Positions 38,101 to 45,967 of a DNA stretch of 64,000 nucleotides are shown piece after piece. Every line of letters starts with the position of its first letter. Position 1 is the first letter of the stretch. The notes under the pieces were generated by a model. The model did not search any database and was not told where the DNA came from. It saw nothing but the letters and a program-made list of their open reading frames with translations. Both the position numbers and the translations under genes were made by a program. The DNA lies in the NCBI GenBank assembly GCA_963848635.1, contig CAWKEA010000005.1, positions 257,526 through 321,525 of the forward strand, written 5' to 3'. Source of the DNA: an uncultured bacterium (GTDB taxonomy: Bacteria; Patescibacteriota; Minisyncoccia; Phycocordibacterales; PALSA-1337).

Positions 38101-39010
38101 CTTCGGTGGAGCGAAAAAGTTTCCTCTCGTCTTGTGTCGCGGCTGACGAAGCGTCCTGTGCCGGTGCATCATTTGAGCTTTCGATTTTTTGTTCAGGCCC
38201 TCCGACTTTCACTTTCACATAATCAATATCCTTGCCTACAGCCAATGCGACATTGCCGGGCAATGTCCACGGCGTCGTCGTCCATGCCAAGAGATACGTA
38301 CCTTCATCGTCCCCGTCTGCATCTTTGAGTTTTGAGTTTTGAGTTTTGAGCTCGAACTTCACATACACTGAAATGTCCTTTATGTCTTTATACCCCTGCG
38401 CGACCTCAAAATTCGATAGCGTCGTCTCGCAGTGCGGACAGATCTGCATCGGCTTGAAGCCCTCATAGACGAGCCCTTTTTCATGCAATTGCTTGAAAGC
38501 CCACCAGACGCTCTCGGTGTAGCTCGAGTTCATGGTCTCGTAATCGTTCTCCATGTCCGCCCAGCGGCCGAGTCGCGGGATGATCTCCTTCCAATCGTTG
38601 ACGTATCGGTGCACCGCTCTTCGAGCGGCAGAATTGAAATTTTTGATGCCAAAATCGATGATGTCTTTCTTGCTCTTGAGCCCGAGTTCCTTTTCAATCA
38701 GATTCTCGACCGGCAAGCCGTGACAATCCCAACCCCAGCGACGGCGCACGCTGTAGCCTTGCATCGTCTTGTAGCGAGGAACTGCGTCTTTTATCGAAGT
38801 CGGCAAAACGTGGCCAAAATGCGGCAATCCCGTAGCGAATGGCGGCCCGTCATAAAAGACGAACTTGCCGCGCGGAGCTTCCCTATCGACGCTTTTCTTA
38901 AAAATATCGTTCTCCTTCCAATATTTTAAAATGCGCTCTTCGCGCTCTTGTGCTGGCGTTTTTGCGACCACCTTGTCGCCAGTTTGGCCTGCATTCTGAT
39001 TTGTTGTCAT
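35198..39010 (-). CDS. ileS: isoleucyl-tRNA synthetase with a ~200-aa histidine-phosphatase (PGAM-like) domain inserted in place of the zinc-knuckle segment
   Basis: FYDGPPFATGLPHFGHVL (HIGH), GWDCHGLPVE, KMSKSKNN, and a C-terminal anticodon-binding domain. Residues ~565-765 read YYIMRHGEAENN...LTEKGKAQV...IIFVSPFVRTKETADIL...DDRLHELDSG...ILIVTHDA, matching histidine phosphatase branch-1 motifs. They lie between WRGEKSGSIHCFGSINDLRKHS and DLHRPYIDD...EVFDCWFESGSMP. Confidence 0.9.
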   Translation of the reverse strand: MTTNQNAGQTGDKVVAKTPAQEREERILKYWKENDIFKKSVDREAPRGKFVFYDGPPFATGLPHFGHVLPTSIKDAVPRYKTMQGYSVRRRWGWDCHGLPVENLIEKELGLKSKKDIIDFGIKNFNSAARRAVHRYVNDWKEIIPRLGRWADMENDYETMNSSYTESVWWAFKQLHEKGLVYEGFKPMQICPHCETTLSNFEVAQGYKDIKDISVYVKFELKTQNSKLKDADGDDEGTYLLAWTTTPWTLPGNVALAVGKDIDYVKVKVGGPEQKIESSNDAPAQDASSAATQDERKLFRSTEGGRKSVPVVVGGENQVFYICAKERLEATFKKEAYEIVAEMKGSDLVGKSYVPLFDYYSKDTSLKNRENGWKVYAADFVTTTDGTGIVHIAPAFGADDYALGQKENLPFVQHVNIDGTFKKEVVDFSGLKVKPKDTPEDKDAHLRTDIKVIQWLQEKGLLFAKENMTHSYPHCWRCDTPLLNYAASSWFVRVSDFKDKLVAANGKVSWTPPEVGEGRFGNWLAGARDWAISRSRFWGAPIPVWRGEKSGSIHCFGSINDLRKHSQAKNSYYIMRHGEAENNTLGVMSAKATDPKHLTEKGKAQVKAAAAFFADKKIDIIFVSPFVRTKETADILAAGLDFPKKNIIVDDRLHELDSGIYDGKPFDEFMEAFPHEKRFSIRLPKGENYADIRKRVGSFIYDMERRYVGKNILIVTHDAPAFMLASVSLGLDDKGTLNLRNRKLHYFDNAAPEKLDFVPLPHNDDFEIDLHRPYIDDIELHLPGGEKLKRVEEVFDCWFESGSMPFGEAHYPFDTKEFDPARGFLAKITGDKLGKSRGYPADFIAEGVDQTRGWFYSMIVLGTALFGRAPYKNVVVNGIILAEDGQKMSKSKNNFPDLMPVVRKYGADALRYYLLSSPAVRAQEFCFSEKGVDEVVKKHIGRLLNVVTFYELYAGEATGMGRANLVERDGAERRNSSTEEFRVSETIPSRSDASKNILDRWIVSRLNELNKEVTEGMEKYELDKATRPFADFIDDLSTWYLRRSRDRFKGEDEADKSAALATTRLVFLEVSKLLAPFMPFLAEDVYMRLKGGRESVHLESWPALSAIDKDLIENMKLVRDIASLGLEARSKAKINVRQPLSKLKVQNAKFKIEDKNLLDLINEEVNVKEVVVDGSISTEVELDLNITPELKEEGELRDLMRAIQDRRKEQKLTIQDRPILKVFAADKAGEAFIERNKEELVKAVLLKNIEIVVNGAVVDATAGIKFDLVL

Positions 39011-39119
39011 GATAGTAGGCCAATTCTATCACTTTTTTGAGCTTGTGAATAATCTCTATGAACAAGCTCACCGTTTTTAAAAGAAAAAGGGCGGCCATTG
39101 AAATAGAGATGCATACCAT

Positions 39120-40910
39120 TTACATCCTCTCCGGCACTTGGATGCCGAGGAGGGTGAGACCGTTTGTCATAACGATAGAAAAGGCCTCGGTTAAAGCGAT
39201 CTTGTAGGGAGAATACGTGTCATCGGCCGAAATGATCTGATTGTTCGCATAATAGCTGTTGAATATGCCGGCGAGTTCAGTGAGGTATGTCGTGATGTAA
39301 TGCGGTTCGTATTCGCTCGCCGCGCGTTCGACTATCTCTGGAAGACGACAGAGCATCTTTTCGAGCTCATGGGCGGATTCGGTCGGCTTCTTGAATGATC
39401 CGATGACGCCTGCTTCCTCTGCTTTTCTCAAGATAGATTTCGCCCGCACAGCCGAATATTGCAGGTATGGGCCAGAGTCGCCTTCAAAGGAGATCGACTT
39501 GTCGAGATCGAATATGATGTCGTCTCCGCTCGATTGCCGGAGGATCGAATATTTTATGGCGCCTATCGCTATCTCTTCGCTTATTTTTGGCGCAAGGCTG
39601 ATGGCTCCGGCGTCTTTCTTGCCGAATCTCTCATCTATCGAATCTGTGACTTTTCCTATGAGAGACAGCGCCGTAACTACGTCTCCTGTACGAGATGACA
39701 TCTTGCCGGAAGGCAATCGAAGCATCCCGTGCGGGAGATGCCGGATGTTCGTCCCTTTTGAATCGCCTGCGACAAAGACTTTTCCGATAGCATCCAAAAG
39801 CACCTTGTAATAATCTTTTATCTCGTTTCCCGTGACGACCAACGACAGATCATAGGGATATTTTTTCCTCTTCATCTCGACCAGGCCGAGCTCTTTCGCT
39901 TCATAGGTCGGCAAGCCCTCCGAACTGATGAAAACGCGCGTATGCAGGCCTTTTTCCTCGTCGCCTTTGAAGACGACTGCTCCATCGCTCTTTTCGAATA
40001 TGCCGTTCTTTAGATTGTCTTCGACGATCTTCTTGCCGATAGGGCCCGCTTCGCTTTCAAAGAAAAAGAAGTCGTAGCTCGTGCCGAGCTTTTGATACAT
40101 CGCCGCGAAATATTCGAGCGAGACCTTCCTTCCGAACTCATATATGCTCTGGATTTCCGGATCCTCTTTCGAATATATCTTTTTATTTATCTCGATTATC
40201 TCTTTTTTTGATCTTTCGTCATTCTCGTAAGCACTGGCGCCTTTCGCATAATAACCGCCGAGCTCGGCGGCTGTGGCCTTTTTTTGCAGAGCTCCATTCT
40301 CGGTTTCAGCATGCGTCCATCCCCAGATCGCTTTCGCCACGTGCAGTCCGACATCTCCCTGATAGCACGCACGCATGACCTCCGCTCCGGAAAAAGCGAT
40401 GATACGCGCGACAGATTCGCCGATGGTGTCGCTCATAAGATGCCCGATATGGAATTCCTTGAACGGATTCGGGTCGGTATACTCGATCATGATCTTTTCA
40501 AGCTTAGCCCTCTTGAAAAAATCGTTCGAACCGAATTTTTCCTTTTCTTTCAAGACTTTGCCGACCTGTCCAGCAAAGAATCCCCTTTTGAGATGGAAGT
40601 TGATGAAACCCGGGCCAGCGATGTCTATCTTTTCGACTTCGTCGGGCTTTTTTTTATCGAGCTCTGCAACGAGCTTTTCCGCCAATTCGCGCGGCTTCAT
40701 CTTTACTATTTTTGAAAAGACGAGCGCGGCGTTCGTCGAATAATCGCCATGAGACAGATCATCTGGATGTTCAACGGCAAAATCGCCCTTCGCTATCTCA
40801 AGGCCCGAAAGTGCATCATCGACGGCTTTCTTCAAAATAGCTGATATCATGGCCATAGTGTAGCTTTTTTTTGCAAAAGATTCCACGAGATATCGGACAG
40901 CGTTTTCCAC
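39120..40910 (-). CDS. argS: arginyl-tRNA synthetase
   Basis: YTDPNPFKEFHIGHLMSDTIGESVARI (HIGH region), the ArgRS anticodon-binding DALR domain, and the typical ...RM C-terminus. Confidence 0.9.
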   Translation of the reverse strand: MENAVRYLVESFAKKSYTMAMISAILKKAVDDALSGLEIAKGDFAVEHPDDLSHGDYSTNAALVFSKIVKMKPRELAEKLVAELDKKKPDEVEKIDIAGPGFINFHLKRGFFAGQVGKVLKEKEKFGSNDFFKRAKLEKIMIEYTDPNPFKEFHIGHLMSDTIGESVARIIAFSGAEVMRACYQGDVGLHVAKAIWGWTHAETENGALQKKATAAELGGYYAKGASAYENDERSKKEIIEINKKIYSKEDPEIQSIYEFGRKVSLEYFAAMYQKLGTSYDFFFFESEAGPIGKKIVEDNLKNGIFEKSDGAVVFKGDEEKGLHTRVFISSEGLPTYEAKELGLVEMKRKKYPYDLSLVVTGNEIKDYYKVLLDAIGKVFVAGDSKGTNIRHLPHGMLRLPSGKMSSRTGDVVTALSLIGKVTDSIDERFGKKDAGAISLAPKISEEIAIGAIKYSILRQSSGDDIIFDLDKSISFEGDSGPYLQYSAVRAKSILRKAEEAGVIGSFKKPTESAHELEKMLCRLPEIVERAASEYEPHYITTYLTELAGIFNSYYANNQIISADDTYSPYKIALTEAFSIVMTNGLTLLGIQVPERM

Positions 40911-40920
40911 GAATCAGGTC

Positions 40921-41190
40921 TTGACAAATTTACATTCTTTGCTATGCTCTCATATAGAGATGGCACCTCCAAAGGCTGTGGACGGGTCCGTAAGCACGGA
41001 TTGCCTTAGGCACCTCGTCCTCGGACGGGCTTGTCTGAAGACACTAACAGCAGGATCTGGACTGCAGAAGCTGCCTTCTCGATGGAGTTCAGCGGATTGC
41101 CCCGCCGCTTCATTTTGAAAAAGCTTCCAATAGATCATCCGTCCCGTCTTATTCTGCTAACCCTCTCGCCTCGAGCGAGGGGGCTTTTTA
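40921..41190 (+). ncRNA. candidate ~240-nt small RNA bounded by a sigma70-like promoter and a rho-independent terminator (identity unknown; weak SRP-RNA-like motif)
   Basis: TTGACA (40921-40926)-N16-TATGCT (40943-40948), then a transcript ending at CCCTCTCGC-CTCGA-GCGAGGGGG + TTTTTATT (41161-41190). The 5' GGACGGG can pair with the 3' CCGUCCCGUC. The internal AGCAGGAUCUGGACUGCAGAAGCUGCC loosely resembles SRP domain IV (CAGGUCAGGUCCGGAAGGAAGCAGCC). There is no protein-like ORF. Confidence 0.35.
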
Positions 41191-41304
41191 TTGGAAGCAC
41201 AAACCAACAAGCACGACGAACGAGGGGCTCTCACATCGCTCTGATGTCATGCCTGGTCAGGCGCGCAAAATTCCATCGATCCTTTCCGCGATCTTCTTGA
41301 AATC

Positions 41305-41427
41305 CTACTCTTTCCTTGCCGCGAGTACATCGCGGGATACGAAATTTTCGGAGGCGATGAGATTGATAGTGATTTTCTGACGCTTTTTTTCCGCCGATAT
41401 CAATTTTTGTATTTGGATGTCTTTCAT
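41305..41427 (-). pseudogene. glyA: serine hydroxymethyltransferase (glyA) 5' fragment, only first 40 codons
   Basis: MKDIQIQKLISAEKKRQKITINLIASENFVSRDVLAARKE* matches the SHMT N-terminus (..IELIASENYTSPRVMQA..) and then terminates. Confidence 0.6.
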
Positions 41428-41509
41428 AGAGCAAGTGTAGGATAAAATATTTAAAGTTGGAAGACGGAAGACACAGACGCAAGACACAGAAAAGAGAAAC
41501 TGCACTGAT

Positions 41510-41540
41510 AAAAAAAGCCCGCCACACTCGTGACGGGCCA
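41510..41540 (-). terminator. rho-independent terminator on minus strand (GCCCGCCACactcGTGaCGGGC + U7)
   Basis: Plus strand reads aaaaaaagcccgccacactcgtgacgggc. Confidence 0.65.
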
Positions 41541-41545
41541 GACTA

Positions 41546-41910
41546 GATAACAACAACCAACAATGCTACGTAGTGCCGTACGGAAATCGGCCGAGCTGGG
41601 TCTTGGCGACGCAGGGTTGTAAGTCCTCTCGTCACGGTAGCAGCCGGCGCTTTTGTTCGGAAGGAATCGATCAAGAAGTGTACCGCAATAGTATTCCCCA
41701 AAGGAGAACCTTTATCCGTCCACAACTCCGACCGAGAGCATTCCTGGGAGACAAATATGTCGCCCTTTTACCCAGTAAACGCCTGGGTTTCGCGACCAGG
41801 CTTATTAGGTCCATGCCTAATGCTTCATTCAACAACTGCTTTTGTACCTGAGCGGATCCCCTTTATCAGAGGTCCGTATGAGATAGTATACCTTTTGTTA
41901 TTTATGTCAA
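41546..41910 (-). ncRNA. candidate ~360-nt minus-strand structured RNA with its own promoter (TTGACA-N16-TACTAT, reverse complement of 41883-41910), ending at the 41510-41540 terminator (identity unresolved)
   Basis: No protein-like ORF (the track ORFs translate to nonsense). Many GC hairpins such as GCCUGG-UCGCGAAAC-CCAGGC and a GGGUAAAAGGGCG segment. Length fits RNase P RNA or tmRNA, but P4 and T-arm signatures were not found. Confidence 0.3.
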
Positions 41911-41991
41911 GAAATCCCACAAAAAGTTATCCACATACAGAGGTCGGACCTATATGCCGTATTCTCGTAAAAATAATGATGAATGAGGGAG

Positions 41992-42663
41992 TCACAACAA
42001 CAATTGCCTGACATCGAGAAGCGTCGGCAGTTGCGGAGAGCCAATCTTTGGATCGGCTTGCTTTTGATTCACGAGGATCGTATTGATGCCGAGCTCTTGC
42101 GGGATGTAATGATCCGTCTTTGGCCTGTCTCCGATATATATAAATTCTGTCGCGGCAAGATCAGGATATTTTTTCAGCCACATCCTATAGGCATCGCTGT
42201 TTGATTTTGAAAAATGGTCGTCAGTGATGATGTGATTGAATATCTTTGGATCTATACCGAGATGCCCCAATTTTTCGCTCGTGATCTTCATATTGGATCC
42301 AGTGATAAGGTCGATGGCATAATATCTTTCTTTGATATCAAGAAGAAGCCGACGTATCTCTTCATTTGGCTTTAAAAATCTGCCGATATCAGCTTGCTCG
42401 AGCGCCTCTTGGACTGAATTCGTTGAATCGGGAATATCGAGCGCCTTAAGAGCCTGACTGCCGCTCAAACCGCTCCCCTCACGGTAGAGATCCTTGAATC
42501 TCTTTTCGGCCTCGTTCAAAGGAATATGCAGATGATCTGCTATCTTATGGTAAAGATAGACCTGTATAGCGCTATCGATCTCCGGCGACTTCGGATAAAG
42601 GGTCTGATCGAGATCAAAACCGATGACCTTGATATATTCTTTATAATTAAATATATCAGTCAT
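41992..42663 (-). CDS. HAD-superfamily hydrolase (phosphatase)
   Basis: Motif I VIGFDLDQTL (DxDxT), and motif IV ...FIYIGDRPKTD. Confidence 0.8.
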   Translation of the reverse strand: MTDIFNYKEYIKVIGFDLDQTLYPKSPEIDSAIQVYLYHKIADHLHIPLNEAEKRFKDLYREGSGLSGSQALKALDIPDSTNSVQEALEQADIGRFLKPNEEIRRLLLDIKERYYAIDLITGSNMKITSEKLGHLGIDPKIFNHIITDDHFSKSNSDAYRMWLKKYPDLAATEFIYIGDRPKTDHYIPQELGINTILVNQKQADPKIGSPQLPTLLDVRQLLL

Positions 42664-45079
42664 CGTTAAAATTTATGTAAAGAACGAATATATCGCCGAG
42701 CGATGCCTTGAGAGCTTGTGCATAGCGTGTCATGAGGTAATCGCACATCTCCTGATCACGTTTCTTGTTCTGGAGCGAGCGATTCATGAACACCGCTGTT
42801 GCATATACTTTTTTGCCATAGACGTTTGCCTGGAAATAGGCCAGCATATCATCCTGTGAATTCTTGTTCTTTGCGTAAAATTCAGTCAAGAGAGGATTAT
42901 TGTGCATTCCTCCTTTTGCTTTTAGATAGTCGATAGCTTTAGAGACCGTATCGACGCCTTCGTAGTTCTCAAGCCTGTCCAATATCTCGTGCCGAGGCCG
43001 TCGATCCACACGGCCGGCTTTAACGGTGAAATACGCTACGCCGCCTTTCAATGAAGGCCTCTTGATCCCGTCACCCAAGAGATACGGCCCCGAAACAGTG
43101 TCTAGGTCTCCAGGGGGCTTTGATGGCTCAGCCAGAATTTTTTTTGTGCGCTGTTCTTCTGTTATGAGCAGTATATTCGCGCGATTGGACAACATATACA
43201 TATCGCCGGCATGGAACCGGAGGCTCTGCCGTATTTTAGTCACATACGCATCATAAAGGCCGAAGATATTCTCTGGATACGCATTGACCGCGTTATGCGC
43301 GCGAGCGATATGGAATGAGTGTAATTTTTTTCCGAGAGTGAAATAGATATCGTGGGTCAAACAAGGATCATGAGTGTATTTGGTTTTCTTTGCCACAGGA
43401 TCGACATGAGAGGTCATGTCATTGATAGGATCGAAACGCTGGACAATGACCGCGCGAGACGGGTCATTCTTGAGGGTTTTTATGGCGTGCTCCAATTGGT
43501 CATAGCCGAAATACGATCGAGTCCTTTCGCCGTAGGTATACGTGCCGTCATGATCCTTTCGCAACAACTCTCTCTTATAGAGCTTGCGCATCGTCTCGGT
43601 ATCCGATGAGCTTTGCTTGTAGATAATCGGCAACGCGCGGAGCGACTTGTTGGTCTTGCGGTATATGGCGAGAACCGCGGCCGTGCGCGCAAGGCCCTTT
43701 TGCTTGTCGCCATGCTCATCAGTTATACCTTCGGTGTATATCTTTCGAAGGACTGTCTTGTGAACATCGAGAAAGCTATCGCCGTCAGCGACGACGAACG
43801 GCAGAGCTTTCTTATTGATCTTGAAAATGGTGCTGAAGTCCTGGATAAAAGAATAGCCGAGCTTGGCGGCGATGCCAGCGGCAGCGATCTGTGTGCCGAT
43901 GTCGAAACGATGGAGGATATCCATCTCGTAGTCTTGGAAACGATCCTCTCTAGCTATCCTCTCCGCGATGAGAATGGGGCTTTTGGAGACAAGCTCGAAG
44001 AATTCCTCGCATTCATCGAACGCCATGCAGAGGACGCTGACATTCTTCCCTTGCGTCCGAATCCGATAGTAGAATTCTTTGTCCACTTTCAACTGCATGT
44101 TTGACTCGAGCGGAACCTCTATCTTTCCTTGAACGCCGTCCGATTTGACGAATGACGGATATTTCAAGCCATTCGCGATTTCGACGGAGACGCGGCCGAC
44201 CTCCATGCCGAGAAGAATCTGCTCCTGCGGCGACAGCTTTTTTTTCTTCGAGCCGATAAGCTTCATAAGCGAGTAACCGAGAAGGAACGCGTTTCCCGAG
44301 CGTATGACATAGCTCTCATCACCGAGCCGTACGTCTGCACGTATCGCGCCCTTTTCCTGTCTGACAGAGAACGGGCATTTTATGGCATGTTCAATGCCCG
44401 TAAGGACGATTTTCGGCGGCTGAAGCTGTTGGAACTGCTTTGGATCAAGTTTGACTTCCCTCTTATCTCGCTTCGGCATCTTGGCGATAGCCTCGATGAG
44501 CTTGTTGAGCGAGTCATAGTAGATCTTGTCCTTCGTCGAAAGCGATTTAAGCAGGCTGTGGACTTCCGATGACACCATTGGCTTTAACCATTCCAGATAC
44601 CTTGAGATGATGGCCCTACTCTGTTTGTTCGTCGGCATGAAGATCGGCAAAACCATTATCTCCTCCCTGAATGCAGAAAGGATGTCATTGTTGAGGTTCG
44701 GATAATGCGGCGAAGCGGCGACGCCTCCTTTTATAAAGTTCCCTTTCTTGACTATATCGAGCCCTTGAAGGATAGCTTGCAATAGGTTCGTGCTCGGCGC
44801 GAAAGTGAGGCTCTCTTCTGAGAAGAGGATGAGGTACTTGAGCGTCGGATGTACCAGAGAATTGATGATCATCCTTTCGACGCCGTCGCGGCTGACGATG
44901 CATGGACCGAGAACGCAGACTTTGTCTCTATTCTCCTCGCTGATCTCGTTATAGACCTGGCCGGGCGCGGACGTATTCGTACAGATGGCGATCTGCGAAT
45001 GTTCCCCTTCTTTTGGGGTAAAGAGGATCGCTTCGACAAGGGGGAATTTGATGTTTGTCTTCATTTTTTGTTGGTCCAT
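42656..45079 (-). CDS. 807-aa protein with C-terminal thymidylate synthase / dNMP-hydroxymethylase fold fused to a ~500-aa uncharacterized N-terminal region
   Basis: C-terminal DQLEHAIKTLKNDPSRAVIVQRFDPINDM...HDPCLTHDIYFTLGKKLHSFHIARAHNAVNAYPENIFGLYDAYV...GDMYMLSNRANILL aligns to ThyA (DQI..V...LKNDP.SRRIIVSAWN...[42 protein letters not shown]...GD..W.GGD.H.Y), including the catalytic Pro-Cys. The N-terminal 500 aa have no motif I can name. Confidence 0.7.
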   Translation of the reverse strand: MDQQKMKTNIKFPLVEAILFTPKEGEHSQIAICTNTSAPGQVYNEISEENRDKVCVLGPCIVSRDGVERMIINSLVHPTLKYLILFSEESLTFAPSTNLLQAILQGLDIVKKGNFIKGGVAASPHYPNLNNDILSAFREEIMVLPIFMPTNKQSRAIISRYLEWLKPMVSSEVHSLLKSLSTKDKIYYDSLNKLIEAIAKMPKRDKREVKLDPKQFQQLQPPKIVLTGIEHAIKCPFSVRQEKGAIRADVRLGDESYVIRSGNAFLLGYSLMKLIGSKKKKLSPQEQILLGMEVGRVSVEIANGLKYPSFVKSDGVQGKIEVPLESNMQLKVDKEFYYRIRTQGKNVSVLCMAFDECEEFFELVSKSPILIAERIAREDRFQDYEMDILHRFDIGTQIAAAGIAAKLGYSFIQDFSTIFKINKKALPFVVADGDSFLDVHKTVLRKIYTEGITDEHGDKQKGLARTAAVLAIYRKTNKSLRALPIIYKQSSSDTETMRKLYKRELLRKDHDGTYTYGERTRSYFGYDQLEHAIKTLKNDPSRAVIVQRFDPINDMTSHVDPVAKKTKYTHDPCLTHDIYFTLGKKLHSFHIARAHNAVNAYPENIFGLYDAYVTKIRQSLRFHAGDMYMLSNRANILLITEEQRTKKILAEPSKPPGDLDTVSGPYLLGDGIKRPSLKGGVAYFTVKAGRVDRRPRHEILDRLENYEGVDTVSKAIDYLKAKGGMHNNPLLTEFYAKNKNSQDDMLAYFQANVYGKKVYATAVFMNRSLQNKKRDQEMCDYLMTRYAQALKASLGDIFVLYINFNDD

Positions 45080-45951
45080 TGAGCCGGAAGATAATCATCG
45101 ATGCGGACGATGCTCTCTGAATCGGGAATGTCATTATACGCAAAGCAATGGATCTCCATAGCCAAGCCTCTTTTAGCCGAGATCTCCGCGATGAATTGGC
45201 GGCAGACGCCGCAACAGTTGCATGCCTTGCCGACATGCTTCGATGACACGACGCCGAGATGCGTTATCTGGTCGTCGCCACTCATGAGAGCCAGCATGAT
45301 AGCCGACATCTCTGAATGCAGTCCGAGCCTGCGGTCGAACGAAGCATATTGCCCTGCAAAATATATATTGTTCTTTTTAGTGAGAACCGCTGTTCCATAT
45401 CCAGAGGCACCCTCATACATCGGAAAATTTCTCATAATCCCCTCTTTAGCGTATTTTTTCAGTGACGCCGAAAGGTTTTCCTTGGGGTCAAATTTAGCGA
45501 CAGGCAAAGAAACCTTTGCGGCCTTGATCTTCTCGAGCAAGGGAAAAACCGGATTATAGAACGGCATCGATTGGCATACATCATCGATGGAAAAAATATT
45601 TTTGCCTTCCACATCGTAGATCTCATACGACATCGGGGTTCTTGTGCGGAGAGAATGATCGATGAGAAATTTAAGCACGAGCGGCGAAACATCCCTGCCA
45701 GATTGCTCCTCTTCGACTACGCTTATGATCTTGTCAAGAGAATAATCCCGGGCCATCGCGGCCTCGACGAGCGCGCCCTGCTCGGAAGTTATCTTTATGA
45801 GCCCGGTATCCGCATCGATCTGGCCTGATGCATATCGCGCGCCGCTTCTCGAAAAAGCGATACTGCCCGATCTCAGATTTTCAGATACAGATAGTCCGAG
45901 AGCTGATTTGAGTTGTTGCAGTTCTTCTTTTTTCATTTGTATATTGCTCAA
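45061..45951 (-). CDS. cdd: two-domain cytidine/deoxycytidine deaminase (zinc motifs in the C-terminal half)
   Basis: HSEMSAIMLAL...GKACNCCGVCRQFI gives the H-x-E and C-x-x-C-R-Q-F cytidine deaminase signature. The 296-aa length is similar to dimeric E. coli Cdd. Confidence 0.7.
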   Translation of the reverse strand: MSNIQMKKEELQQLKSALGLSVSENLRSGSIAFSRSGARYASGQIDADTGLIKITSEQGALVEAAMARDYSLDKIISVVEEEQSGRDVSPLVLKFLIDHSLRTRTPMSYEIYDVEGKNIFSIDDVCQSMPFYNPVFPLLEKIKAAKVSLPVAKFDPKENLSASLKKYAKEGIMRNFPMYEGASGYGTAVLTKKNNIYFAGQYASFDRRLGLHSEMSAIMLALMSGDDQITHLGVVSSKHVGKACNCCGVCRQFIAEISAKRGLAMEIHCFAYNDIPDSESIVRIDDYLPAQWTNKK

Positions 45952-45967
45952 TATGAGCCGACTGTTG

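Noticed and set aside
40911-41990. Assigning the two sRNA candidates as SRP RNA, RNase P RNA, tmRNA or 6S
   Set aside because: The diagnostic motifs could not be matched by eye (GGAAGCAGCC helix 8 with GNRA loop; P4 AGGAAAGUCC/ACAGAANCCGGCUUA; tmRNA T-arm plus a tag ORF ending in AA). I leave them as unknown until scanned with covariance models.
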